From the NCBI GenBank assembly GCA_964458565.1, contig CAYWJO010000002.1, positions 72,908 to 136,907 of the forward strand: DNA of 64,000 nucleotides, read 5' to 3'. Shown one piece after another: positions 1-9,824 of the stretch. The notes under the pieces were generated by a model. That model was not told the DNA's origin and ran no database searches. It saw only the letters and a list, made by a program, of their open reading frames with translations. Each line of letters begins with the position of its first letter. Position 1 is the stretch's first letter. A program made the translations under genes and the position numbers. Source of the DNA: an uncultured archaeon (GTDB lineage: Archaea > Asgardarchaeota > Thorarchaeia > Thorarchaeales > Thorarchaeaceae).

Positions 1-2
1 GG

Positions 3-743
3 TTGGAGATTTCGATTAGTACATCTTCACCTTACATATGCATTAGCATCACAGATGTGACATCACATTTCATAATCCGGGAGTGTTTTCTTCAATCAAC
101 AACTAATTGGATTGGTACAGGTGTCGAGCTCTGGAATACAACTAATGGAATAGTTGATTCCTGCTATATTAGCAATTCATCGATGGGCGTCAATATGGTC
201 TTCTGTAAGAATATTCAGGTTATAGACTGTGCTATATGGAATAGTGAATATGCATTGAATGTCAGTTTTTCAGAATCCGTAAAAATCATGGGGAATCAAG
301 TTGTTTTTGCAGAAGCTTGGAACATATTGGTGGATAATACCGATTATGTTGATATTCTGTACAATGATTTTCAATATGGCGGATTTGGAATCATGTACTG
401 GTATTCCAACCATGGAGGCATCATTGGTAATAATGTGACCAACAATGATGATGGTATACAAATCGGTGGACCTTGTACGAATGTGACCATATTGATGAAC
501 CGGATTACAGAGAATAATGGTCTCGGGATAAAACTATACGAAAGTACAAGTGGCTGTCATGTCGTAAATAATGAGATTGGTTGGAATACAGGCAACAATG
601 GAGAAGACGATGGTACGGCAAATATGTGGGATGACGGAATAAGTATGGGTAATGCATGGAGTGATTATGGCGGTGCCGGTGATTATAATATTCCTGGTTC
701 TGCAGGAAGTGCGGATCACTACCCCACGCTTTTAGAATCTTGA
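3..743 (+). CDS. Right-handed parallel beta-helix (NosD/CASH-like) protein, 5'-truncated by window edge
   Basis: Repeating I-x-N-N/G-I units and C-terminal GNAWSDY...DHYP motif typical of archaeal NosD-domain proteins. Confidence 0.8.
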   Translation: MEISISTSSPYICISITDVTSHFIIRECFLQSTTNWIGTGVELWNTTNGIVDSCYISNSSMGVNMVFCKNIQVIDCAIWNSEYALNVSFSESVKIMGNQVVFAEAWNILVDNTDYVDILYNDFQYGGFGIMYWYSNHGGIIGNNVTNNDDGIQIGGPCTNVTILMNRITENNGLGIKLYESTSGCHVVNNEIGWNTGNNGEDDGTANMWDDGISMGNAWSDYGGAGDYNIPGSAGSADHYPTLLES

Positions 744-744
744 A

Positions 745-1293
745 TCACTTTGCTAATCTCTTACCAATCCATACAAACAGCAGCAAAAGCACAATACCAA
801 ACCCAAATCCTAGAAGTACCCATTTTGTAATTGTCACAAGACTAGCAATAGCAACAATTGCTGGTGACAAATTTGGGTACACTGCAATCTGCGAAGCAAT
901 GATCGCATTTTCTAAATAGTCAGCCATTGCTGCAAAGAGTGGAACAATTGAAATGACTCTTAATCGTTTATCATCGGGATAGAGTGAGTTTAATTCCATA
1001 GTGATACCAATAACCAACGCAAATGAATATCCGAGTGGAAACAATAGGTCTAGTAAATGAACTTGGGACCAAACTTGAAGACCCTCCATGCCCAGTGTGT
1101 CGAAAGCATCCTTTAGATCATCATATCCATATCCAAAATTGGTGTCTGGCATATTTGCTTCTCCGTAGACATCATAAACGAGTGTCTGAGTCAAGTATCC
1201 CATCACTGCAACTACCAGAACACTCGTGATGATTGTTAGAATCAAATTGCGTGTGTTGGAAATTTTATCTAAACGATTCGCTAATCGCTCCAA
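745..1293 (-). CDS. Four-TM hypothetical membrane protein
   Basis: Four hydrophobic segments; DLLFPLGY and DYLEN motifs. Confidence 0.65.
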   Translation of the reverse strand: MERLANRLDKISNTRNLILTIITSVLVVAVMGYLTQTLVYDVYGEANMPDTNFGYGYDDLKDAFDTLGMEGLQVWSQVHLLDLLFPLGYSFALVIGITMELNSLYPDDKRLRVISIVPLFAAMADYLENAIIASQIAVYPNLSPAIVAIASLVTITKWVLLGFGFGIVLLLLFVWIGKRLAK

Positions 1294-1347
1294 AGTTCAT
1301 TATCACCTCTGAGAGAATGTACAATCGACAAGAAAATTCCTTCGATA

Positions 1348-1908
1348 TCATGATATTGAGCACCTCCATTCTAGAGCACGTTTCTCTATGTCCTGTATAA
1401 ACTCAGATTTTCCTTCTGTATAACTCTCAATATCCTCAGGATACTGTTTAGCCAAATCTCTCTTGATTCTACAGTATTCCTTAGCTAACTTGGTATTACA
1501 TCTTAGATAATCCCTGAAGTTAAGATGGCGGGTGATATGTGGACTGCCTTTTTGGAAGATATGTATATGATGAGATCTATTTTCATTCTCTCCCTTACTG
1601 AAATATCTGCGTCCAGAGATTCCAAGTTCCCCACGAGGTTCATATCCTAGCTCAACCATTATCGAATTTCTCTCATCAACCTTCCCAATATCTGTGACCT
1701 CGACAAGAATGTCGATAATGGGTTTGGCACAGATATCTGGAATTGATGTACTTCCTATGTGATGAATACTAACGAAGAGATCTCCAATCGCTTTCTCAAT
1801 TAGCTTCGCTTCGCAAATATATTCTGTCACCCATTTTGGATTATAGTTTTCAAGGATTATCTTTCGTGCCATTTCTAATTCATTGTGGAATGATACCATG
1901 CGAATCAT
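1348..1908 (-). CDS. GrpB/UPF0157 family nucleotidyltransferase-fold protein
   Basis: HIGSTSIP, AKPIIDI, HIH, FRDYLR, Y..K motifs. Confidence 0.9.
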   Translation of the reverse strand: MIRMVSFHNELEMARKIILENYNPKWVTEYICEAKLIEKAIGDLFVSIHHIGSTSIPDICAKPIIDILVEVTDIGKVDERNSIMVELGYEPRGELGISGRRYFSKGENENRSHHIHIFQKGSPHITRHLNFRDYLRCNTKLAKEYCRIKRDLAKQYPEDIESYTEGKSEFIQDIEKRALEWRCSIS

Positions 1909-2116
1909 ATACCTTATCGTTCTTATAGTGCATTTTGTTGCGATCCTTGATAAGATATTGAATATTAATACTTGAAACTATGGTTGCAATTCCTAAATAA
2001 TTGAACTTCTAATTTGATATTCCAAAGACAAATTAATAAGACAATGGATATCAAATTCTCTCGCCACACTTCATAGCAAAAATCATTTCCTTTTTTGCCT
2101 GTGATGACTTAGAAAT

Positions 2117-2191
2117 GGCCTAAGTGGTGTAACGGTAGCATAAGGGATTGTGGCTCCCTTGACGGGGGTTCGATTCCCCCCTTGGGCCCCA
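2117..2191 (+). tRNA. tRNA-His(GUG) with encoded G-1 and CCA
   Basis: Acceptor GCCTAAG/CTTGGGC, anticodon arm AGGGA-TTGTGGC-TCCCT, T arm GGGGG-TTCGATT-CCCCC, C73 discriminator then CCA; G at -1. Confidence 0.95.
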
Positions 2192-2216
2192 TTTATTCAA
2201 TTATTCAGGATGCCAA

Positions 2217-2678
2217 CTAGAACTCCTCGTCTTCCTCAATCCAGACATCCAAGTCGTGGATTTCATCTATTCCAAGTTCTGATAGCTTTGTATGAATCTC
2301 CTCAATCTCGTCGTTTCTTTCCATCTTCCGCCAATCTCGTCCAGTTTCTCGAGCTGGTTCCACTCCTTTTATGAACCGTTGGCGTATATGCCATAGTATA
2401 TCGAATCGACGGAGCGTGACTCCTAGACGCACTGCCCTCTTTGCTAATGCATCAAGCCGATCAAAAAAGTCCATTGCTCTGTCACAGTCAAGAATGGTAC
2501 TGTTACCGACGCTCTCATTCCAATGTTCTAAGAGTGAACTCTTACCAATACCCCCGATTCCCCCAAGATGTAGAACTACACTTTTTTCTCTACAACGCTT
2601 GATTGCTTCATCCATCCAAGTTAGATAGGTGTCCCTATTAACGAACACTCGTTCTACAGGTTTATAGTGTTCATACAT
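2217..2678 (-). pseudogene. Truncated/internally deleted P-loop (STAND/AAA-like) ATPase
   Basis: FVNR motif and Walker A GIGGIGKS, but no Walker B; jumps to a short acidic C-terminus at 153 aa. Confidence 0.55.
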
Positions 2679-2836
2679 CCATTCGACCTCAGCTAGTCAC
2701 TTTATACAGAGATGGGTCTTAAGAATGTCGTTGAGAGTCCTAACTACCAAGTTCTCACCTTCTCTGAGAACGCACTGGTTCCAGCATGATGAGAGTAACA
2801 TATATTTCCCCTGAAATTTCTGAATGAGGGTTCTAT

Positions 2837-3232
2837 TCATTTCTGTCTGTTTATCCAGAGTTTCAATGCTTTTTTAGCAAATTTACCCGTTAATTTTTCA
2901 TAGGCTTGTCTTGGAGCTAATAACAGTACTTCATCAACATCATCACCTGCTACCGGTTCTCCACCATGCGCCTGTGAAACAAACACAATGAAAATGAACT
3001 GCTTTTCTTTTTTAGAAAATGGATACGATATCAAATACTCACTTATTCTGACTTTGAGATCTGTTTCCTCCAATACCTCTCGAATTGCTGCCTCCTCAAG
3101 ACTCTCTCCAACTTCTACAAATCCCCCAGGCAGACCCCATAGGTCCTTGTTCTTTGAACTAACGATTACAATCTTTTCCCCCATCAAGACCAACGATGCA
3201 ACCACTGGAGTTGGATTAATATAATCACTCAT
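2837..3232 (-). CDS. NUDIX hydrolase
   Basis: Nudix box GGFVEVGESLEEAAIREVLEETDL. Confidence 0.92.
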   Translation of the reverse strand: MSDYINPTPVVASLVLMGEKIVIVSSKNKDLWGLPGGFVEVGESLEEAAIREVLEETDLKVRISEYLISYPFSKKEKQFIFIVFVSQAHGGEPVAGDDVDEVLLLAPRQAYEKLTGKFAKKALKLWINRQK

Positions 3233-3258
3233 GATAATTTATGAACAACTGACACTCT

Positions 3259-3606
3259 TTAGTCATTCTCTGAAAAGGATCTTGACGTAAACCTTCCACA
3301 ATCATCACAGATGATTTCATAATCCCAATATGCGTCGCCGCTATGAGGACTAACACACCAATGAGCATAGATGACCTTCACACTCTCACCTTCACAGTTA
3401 CCGCACCCCTTCATCCAGATTTTACCATTTAACGGATGTGCTTCTATGGACACACCTGATCCTGTGAAGATCATAGTTATCCAATCATTATCCTCACTTG
3501 GTGAGATAGGTTCTTTATACCGCAACTTCCAGTCCTCAGCAGCTATTCTTGGGGTGTCAGTTATCTGTTCGTAGAGCATGTCATTCCACCTGAACTCGAT
3601 TCTCAT
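3259..3606 (-). CDS. Hypothetical protein with Zn-ribbon
   Basis: CGNC and CDDC pairs. Confidence 0.55.
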   Translation of the reverse strand: MRIEFRWNDMLYEQITDTPRIAAEDWKLRYKEPISPSEDNDWITMIFTGSGVSIEAHPLNGKIWMKGCGNCEGESVKVIYAHWCVSPHSGDAYWDYEIICDDCGRFTSRSFSEND

Positions 3607-3645
3607 GGATGCAATGATTCTTGTGTGTTTACATTTTCTATGAGA

Positions 3646-4134
3646 TTAGTCCTTATGAAGTGCAATCCAACAACCCTTCCACCATGATTGAAAATCACCC
3701 TCTGCGGAAATTGAGATACCTGAGTCTATTCCAATCTTCATTGGCAAATCATTCTTCACTTCTTCGATGTCTATTTCTACAATAGCATACCTTTCATCAA
3801 ATTTCCAAGGTTCTGCTACAACACGAGCTTGTCCTTTAACACTAACAGCAATATCTGGAGGACTTACCAAGCATATCATGACTCGTTTGTTTCTCTTCAG
3901 ATTTGCCAATGTATCATGATAACGATGAATTACAACACGTAATAATCTGGGTGTGACAGCGTGTAAGCTACCGAAAGGTGCTGTGTGTGGTGTATTATTC
4001 TCATCAACTGTCGCTATCACCGAGCTTGGATTAAGTACGCCACTAGGTTTCTTCCAAACCTGAAACGCATCATCTCTCAATTCTGACAATCTTCTCCAGC
4101 GTGATTCTCCGCCGTTTTCTTCTGAACCTGTCAT
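3646..4134 (-). CDS. Pyridoxamine 5'-phosphate oxidase-like FMN-binding split-barrel protein
   Basis: IATVDENNTPHTAP...TLANLKRN pattern. Confidence 0.8.
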   Translation of the reverse strand: MTGSEENGGESRWRRLSELRDDAFQVWKKPSGVLNPSSVIATVDENNTPHTAPFGSLHAVTPRLLRVVIHRYHDTLANLKRNKRVMICLVSPPDIAVSVKGQARVVAEPWKFDERYAIVEIDIEEVKNDLPMKIGIDSGISISAEGDFQSWWKGCWIALHKD

Positions 4135-4310
4135 TATAATTTCCCCTGAACCTATTTCGAAATGCTTTCAAATAATATTTATTTATCAGTCAACATCAAC
4201 AAAACTTGGATTTCTGGCCATTAGAGCACATCTCTTCCCTATTTTATTCTTTCAATTCCTTGAAAGATTCGTTATATAATATGCTCCCCCTTCTCAACTT
4301 GGTGATGCGA

Positions 4311-5186
4311 ATGAAACGGTTATGGTTTCTAACTCTAGCCATTATTTGTGGAGCGATGTTGTATAGTGTACCAATACAATCGAATTCACTAGAAAGGAGC
4401 ATTGACATTGGTGCAATAGATGGCGAGGATATTTCCTTTCCTGTCGCGATCAATTCTCCAATTCAGACACAAGAAAACAAACCAACACACTGGGCAGTCA
4501 TAGTTGGAATTAGCGATTACAATGTTATATCTGATCTCCACTTCTGTGATGATGATGCAAACGATTGGTATTATTATCTCTTGGATATGGGGTATGAGAA
4601 TATACTCGTTCTCGGAGATGACACAAGTACCTATGCACAATATGATGGCTTAGCTACAGAGTATAACGCGAAACAGGCTCTACTATATATGGTGAGCAAT
4701 GCTGGTGAAAAAGACACAATCTCTTTCATAACCTCTGGTCATGGTGCAGGTGATAGTAGAGGTGCTAGTTTCTTATGTATGTGGGATACCAATGCAGGGG
4801 AAAATGGTGAGGATGGACGGTTTTGGGATTATGAAGTCGCCTCCATACTCGAACTAGCTGTTGCTTCAAATATATTCGTCTTCATAGATCATTGTTTCGC
4901 TGGTGGATTTGGCGACGATTTAATGTCGATGTCAAATTCAGAGCATGTATACCTAGCTGCAACCTGTGATATAATGGGTATGGGCTGGGATGCTGGAGAA
5001 TTTAGCAATGGACTTTGGACCTATTTCTTCTTGGAATATACTCTGATTGGAGCTTTTGACTCCGACCCTGGAACCGAGATGGAAGTGGCATTTGAGTATG
5101 CTGCAGATGCGTATCCCTATCCAAGAGGCGCACACCATCCACAAGAGTATGATGGGAATCTTGCTGAGGCGTTTATTCTGTGGTAG
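4311..5186 (+). CDS. Secreted caspase-family (clan CD, C14/C13-like) peptidase
   Basis: WAVIVGISDY, L.FCDDDA, SGHG (catalytic His), DHCFAGG (catalytic Cys); signal peptide MKRLWFLTLAIICG after GGTGA RBS at 4301. Confidence 0.85.
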   Translation: MKRLWFLTLAIICGAMLYSVPIQSNSLERSIDIGAIDGEDISFPVAINSPIQTQENKPTHWAVIVGISDYNVISDLHFCDDDANDWYYYLLDMGYENILVLGDDTSTYAQYDGLATEYNAKQALLYMVSNAGEKDTISFITSGHGAGDSRGASFLCMWDTNAGENGEDGRFWDYEVASILELAVASNIFVFIDHCFAGGFGDDLMSMSNSEHVYLAATCDIMGMGWDAGEFSNGLWTYFFLEYTLIGAFDSDPGTEMEVAFEYAADAYPYPRGAHHPQEYDGNLAEAFILW

Positions 5187-5212
5187 AATATTCGATATCT
5201 TCTAAAGCGAAC

Positions 5213-5260
5213 GGGTTGGAAGGAGTGATGAAGACTTACATTCCGACCCAATTTTTATTT
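5213..5260 (+). terminator. Hairpin plus T-tract between convergent genes
   Basis: GGGTTGGAA (5213-5221) / TTCCGACCC (5241-5249) followed by AATTTTTATTT. Confidence 0.55.
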
Positions 5261-5314
5261 CATTCCATCCAACAAATTAGATATACTAATTTCATGGAAA
5301 TTAATGGTTTGTTG

Positions 5315-6178
5315 CTACAGACGCATTTCTGATTCTGGGTCGATATGAATTGTTAAGACTATATTGGGTGATATTTTCTCAAGTTCATTTTCAATTTCAT
5401 CAATAATATCATGGGCTTTTCTCACACTCATTGAATCCTCGACTGTTAGATGAACCTCAGCAAGTATCCTACTCCCTTGTTTCCGAGTTTTTAAGTCATG
5501 AAACTCTATCACTTTGGTTTGGTACTTTGAAAGTACTTCTTCTATTACCTGTTCCTCATCAGGACAAGAGTGGTCCATAAGACGTTTTGTGGACCGTAGA
5601 ACCAATCCAATTCCCATCTTCAGAATTATTGCTGATACAATGAATGCAAGAAATGAATCCATAAATTGCCAACTGGTTACTTGAGCGATAAGGAGTCCAA
5701 TCCATACGCCTACTGTTGAAATCACGTCCGATAATAGGTGCTTTGCATCACCCTCTAATGCTACAGACTCATTATGTTTAGCTGTACGCATCAAGAGAAC
5801 TGAAATTCCTGCATTGAGAAAAGTAGCTATAATAGATATACCAATCGCAAGATTCAGTTCAAGAAGCCCTGCAGATTCAAAAAGACGTCCTATTGCTGTG
5901 TTTATTATTAGAAGGGCTGCAGCGATTATGAAAATACCTTCAAGCCCACTTGATATATCCTCAATCTTTTGGTGACCATAGTTATGAGTTTCATCAGGTG
6001 GTTTCTCTGAAATGAGTATTGAGAATAACATCATGACTGAAGCTAGAATGTTCACAACTGATTCTAAAGCATCGGATAGTAAAGCTACTGAATTTGAAAC
6101 TAAATATGACCAGTATTTCAAACAAAATACAATTATTCCCACCATAATTACAATCAATGCTACTTCTTTCTTTTTCAT
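5315..6178 (-). CDS. Cation diffusion facilitator (FieF-like) transporter
   Basis: SVALLSDALES, PPDETHNYGHQK, DAKHLLSD, C-terminal HIDP dimerisation domain. Confidence 0.92.
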   Translation of the reverse strand: MKKKEVALIVIMVGIIVFCLKYWSYLVSNSVALLSDALESVVNILASVMMLFSILISEKPPDETHNYGHQKIEDISSGLEGIFIIAAALLIINTAIGRLFESAGLLELNLAIGISIIATFLNAGISVLLMRTAKHNESVALEGDAKHLLSDVISTVGVWIGLLIAQVTSWQFMDSFLAFIVSAIILKMGIGLVLRSTKRLMDHSCPDEEQVIEEVLSKYQTKVIEFHDLKTRKQGSRILAEVHLTVEDSMSVRKAHDIIDEIENELEKISPNIVLTIHIDPESEMRL

Positions 6179-6340
6179 GAGTGTGAACCAATCATGACTT
6201 TTGATTGCATCTTTTAGGTCTTGTTTTCTGAACGTAAGCTATCAACTTTGATATAGCTTATTTTTCTCCATTCAATCAGAATTGATCTCATCACTAGAGA
6301 TTCATTGTGGTATTGTTATAGTATAGAGAAAATGGGTGGT

Positions 6341-6367
6341 ATGAGGGAAGACAAAGCCCTCCCTCAT
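6341..6367 (-). terminator. Hairpin downstream of subtilase
   Basis: ATGAGGGA (6341-6348) / TCCCTCAT (6360-6367). Confidence 0.45.
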
Positions 6368-6376
6368 TTTATGCAG

Positions 6377-7972
6377 TTATGCGGTTGCGCCATCGGCTTG
6401 TATGAATCCTGCACCTTGAGTGGTCGCATCATAACCAAGATCCACTGCAGTTGCTTGCAGGTGGCCCTCAAGCCATGCAACACTCTGTGCTCCAAATGCT
6501 TCAAACATCAGCGCATAGACTCCAGAGGTCTGCGGACAGCTGAAGCTTGTCCCACTGATGTAATAGTATCCACCATAATAGGGCAAAACCAAGTTCTCAC
6601 CTATACCGGTGACATCGACTTTACCTCGAGATGAGAAGTCAGATACGAAGACACCAGAGAAGTCGTTCTCTGGAATATCAGTCCAGATTCCTGTCGGACC
6701 ATAAGCACCGGTGAGCCCGACATATCCTGCTGCTGCAACCGATGTTGTATCATCAAGATTGGCTGGGTATGCCGTAGTGTCCGCTGCTGGACCATCATTT
6801 CCTGCAGAGGTGCAAACTACTATACCATCGTTTTCTGCATTTGCAACTGCGTTGTTCAATGCAGTGTTGGTATAGTCATATCCGAGCGACATTGACACAA
6901 CCATGTTGTAACTGCTGAGTGGTCCAGCTTTTAGAGTCCGTGCATAGTTGATACAATCAGCCCAGTTGTTTAACATCTCTGTTGAAGTGACTCCTCCACC
7001 AATCCAATAGAAACATCTGAGCATGACGATTTTAGCATCCTCTGCAACACCCCTAATCCAGTAATCAGTGGTACTATCAAGTCTATATCCAATTATTGTT
7101 CCTGTAACAGCTGAACCATGCCCCTCTGTATCTTCGTTGTATGCCACATTGTCTTTCCCAAGTTCTTGAGTATAACTACGACAATACTCTGTTAGGATAT
7201 TCTCCTGTGGGAAGTAATCAAGCCAATTTGATACAAGCCCTGTGTCAATAATGACAACGACTGTACCTGCACCAGTATAGCTCATCTTCTCAGTGTCAAT
7301 GACATCATTCCACCATGGTAGCAATTGTGGAAGCGTGTCTTTTGACCAACCTTGGCTGCCTCTATTATCAACCGTAATTGTGTGTTCATCTGAACTAGTA
7401 AGATCACCACTATCAGTGGCTTCAGCATAGATTGTATGATCGCCATTAGCATAAGCGGTTGTATCCCAATTGTATGAATATGCGGTTGTAATATATGTGT
7501 CATCAATGTATATGCCAGGAATAAGATTGGCATCTTCATCGTTTACTGTCACTGAGATTGTGACAGAACCTGATATTGTCGCACCATTAGATGGATTTGT
7601 GATAGTCGCAATTGGTGGATTGTTACCAGTTCCCCCGTTGCTAACTGTTACTGTGATAGTATGTGTCACTCTAGGAGTATATGCATAGATAGTATGTGTT
7701 CCATCATTGTATGTATTTGTATTCCAATAATATGAATAAGACCTGGCAACATATACACCATCAATATAGATTCTTGGCGTCTTCCAAGCACTCACTGTGA
7801 TAGTCACATAACCTGTTACTGTATCTCCATCACCTGGATTGGTGATGGTGCAAAACTTGGCCATCAACATAGACTAAGGTTCATGGTTAGTTACTGTTGT
7901 AGCTGTTCCAACGAATATCGAACCAAGAAAGATACTCGCGAGAAACAGTCCTAGCAACATATTTCGTTTCAT
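6377..7972 (-). CDS. Secreted S8 subtilase with two Ig-like domains; in-frame TAG at codon 33 (7874-7876)
   Basis: Triad IIDTG, GHGSAV, SGTSFSCP and SAGN oxyanion motif; upstream in-frame ATG at 7972 encodes signal peptide MKRNMLLGLFLASIFLGSIFVG, separated from the rest by one TAG. Confidence 0.85.
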
Positions 7973-8177
7973 TTCAAGATACTCCGTTATCTCCGCATTC
8001 TCGAATGGAAAACCGCGTGCGAAGTTCAATTTTTAGAAAACAAAGAGCATTTTATATCATTTCTTTTTTTCTAAAAAGTTATTGAAGCAGAAAAGTGCAT
8101 GTTTCCTACCATTTGATTTAATGGTGGCAAAGCCAAGTGTTTAATTGGTAATTGCACACATCAATGAGGTGATTGAA

Positions 8178-9740
8178 ATGTATCATCGCAAACGGCTCTT
8201 ATTCCTAATTGCTATCACATTGCTGATGGCTTCCCCCATATTACTCTCTTTCAGTGAGAAATTAGTGAGTATTGAACAAAGTTACAATTTTAGTGCTGAT
8301 ACTCCCTTTGCTAGAGGTCCTATTATTTCCAAGGTGACTAACGACTCATTGGTCATATTTTGGAGAACGGATGTTGCCACAGATGCGGAAGTCGAGTATG
8401 GTCTTTCGGATTCCAATTTGGACCAATCAACAGTAAATTCCACACTAGATACGGATCATCGCATTTTGCTTAGTGGTTTGGATCCTGATACCAAGTATTA
8501 TTATCGTGTGACCTCGGATTCACTTGAGAGTGAAATCTACCACTTTCGAACTGCGCCGCTGACCATGGACACTTTCAAGCTCGCAGTAATCGGAGATAAC
8601 CGGCCTGATACTGGAGATGAACCTGTACAACCAACTGTATTCAAGACTCTGATGGATATGATCATTCTAGAGGAGCCCCATCTTGTTATCATGACAGGTG
8701 ATTTCGTATATCGAGTTAATAATGAACTTGAATCCGATCTTCTTGCTTGGGAGTACCTTACGAACGTAACAGACAAGCTGGGTCATTATGCCCCAATCCT
8801 AACTGTGATTGGAAATCACGATACCGGTGCACATACAGGGACTATTCGTGCCCAATACTATCTGGATGCTTTCGAACTATACAATGAACCATCGCTATAT
8901 TACTCGTTTGATTATGCAGGTGCTCATTTCACTTGTCTTAATTCAGAAGAATATGGCTTAGAGGGTCGAATTACTGGTGATCAGTATGATTGGTTAGTAT
9001 CTGATCTTGAGTCAACATCACAGCCATTGAAGATTGTAGTTGCCCATCGCCCATTATATCCATGTAACCATATAGGAAGCTCAATGGATGTCAATGAAGC
9101 AGAACGAGATGCACTTCAGCAGCTATTTGAAGAGAACAATGTCACACTCTTTCTAGCTGGACATGACCATCTGTTCAATAGAATTAACGTTAATGGAGTT
9201 GTTCACTTCATTATCGGAGGTGGAGGTGCACCAGCATATACAACACCATGGGGTGGTGATTATAATCACTATTTCGTAGCTAATGTCAGTCCAAGAGAAA
9301 TTGAGTCTGAAGTAATAAAGCCGAATGGTGAGATAGCAAATGAATACAGGTTGCCTTATGACGGTCCTATAGAGATAGAAATACGTGGTTTTGGTAATAG
9401 ATCAATTAAACCCGCTGGATCAATGCCAGAAGTCTATTTCTCAGAGCCTCCAGTAACCACATACTACTCGTGGGATGGAGGTTCGAATTCGACAACTCTT
9501 ACAGGACTTCCGGATGTAAGTGGCTCACACACATTAGATATATTCGCAGAAGATGATCTGGGTGTCTGGGGTCACGAAGTCTTTGTTTTTACTCGTACGG
9601 GTTCAGAGCCCACTACAACTACTACAACTAGTTCTCCCATGCCCGTGGACTTGGGATTGGGACAAATCCTGTTATTTGCGGGTGCTGGAATCGGAGTTGT
9701 CATCATCGTTCTTGTTATAGTCAAATTAAGAACCAAATGA
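8178..9740 (+). CDS. Membrane-anchored purple acid phosphatase-like metallophosphoesterase with FN3 domain
   Basis: GDNR, TGDFV, GNHD, AHRP, AGHDH motifs; signal peptide, Thr-rich linker, C-terminal TM. Confidence 0.9.
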   Translation: MYHRKRLLFLIAITLLMASPILLSFSEKLVSIEQSYNFSADTPFARGPIISKVTNDSLVIFWRTDVATDAEVEYGLSDSNLDQSTVNSTLDTDHRILLSGLDPDTKYYYRVTSDSLESEIYHFRTAPLTMDTFKLAVIGDNRPDTGDEPVQPTVFKTLMDMIILEEPHLVIMTGDFVYRVNNELESDLLAWEYLTNVTDKLGHYAPILTVIGNHDTGAHTGTIRAQYYLDAFELYNEPSLYYSFDYAGAHFTCLNSEEYGLEGRITGDQYDWLVSDLESTSQPLKIVVAHRPLYPCNHIGSSMDVNEAERDALQQLFEENNVTLFLAGHDHLFNRINVNGVVHFIIGGGGAPAYTTPWGGDYNHYFVANVSPREIESEVIKPNGEIANEYRLPYDGPIEIEIRGFGNRSIKPAGSMPEVYFSEPPVTTYYSWDGGSNSTTLTGLPDVSGSHTLDIFAEDDLGVWGHEVFVFTRTGSEPTTTTTTSSPMPVDLGLGQILLFAGAGIGVVIIVLVIVKLRTK

Positions 9741-9755
9741 CGAGTATAGCTGCAT

Positions 9756-9784
9756 TAAGGTCATTGAATTAATCAATGACCTTA
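9756..9784. repeat. Perfect 12-bp inverted repeat (terminator or operator)
   Basis: TAAGGTCATTGA-ATTAA-TCAATGACCTTA. Confidence 0.6.
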
Positions 9785-9824
9785 TACATTTGTTTTAGCT
9801 TAACATTACCCGTGACACACTAAT

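Noticed and set aside
2150-2374. 74-aa + strand ORF
   Set aside because: Overlaps tRNA-His and is antisense to the ATPase remnant.
2191-4134. Integrated mobile element at tRNA-His (or tRNA-Leu)
   Set aside because: No integrase or transposase, and no duplicated tRNA 3' end was noticed in the window.
5213-5249. SECIS or C/D-box RNA (contains GTGATGA)
   Set aside because: No in-frame TGA selenoprotein candidate adjacent and no matching D box; a terminator hairpin is simpler.
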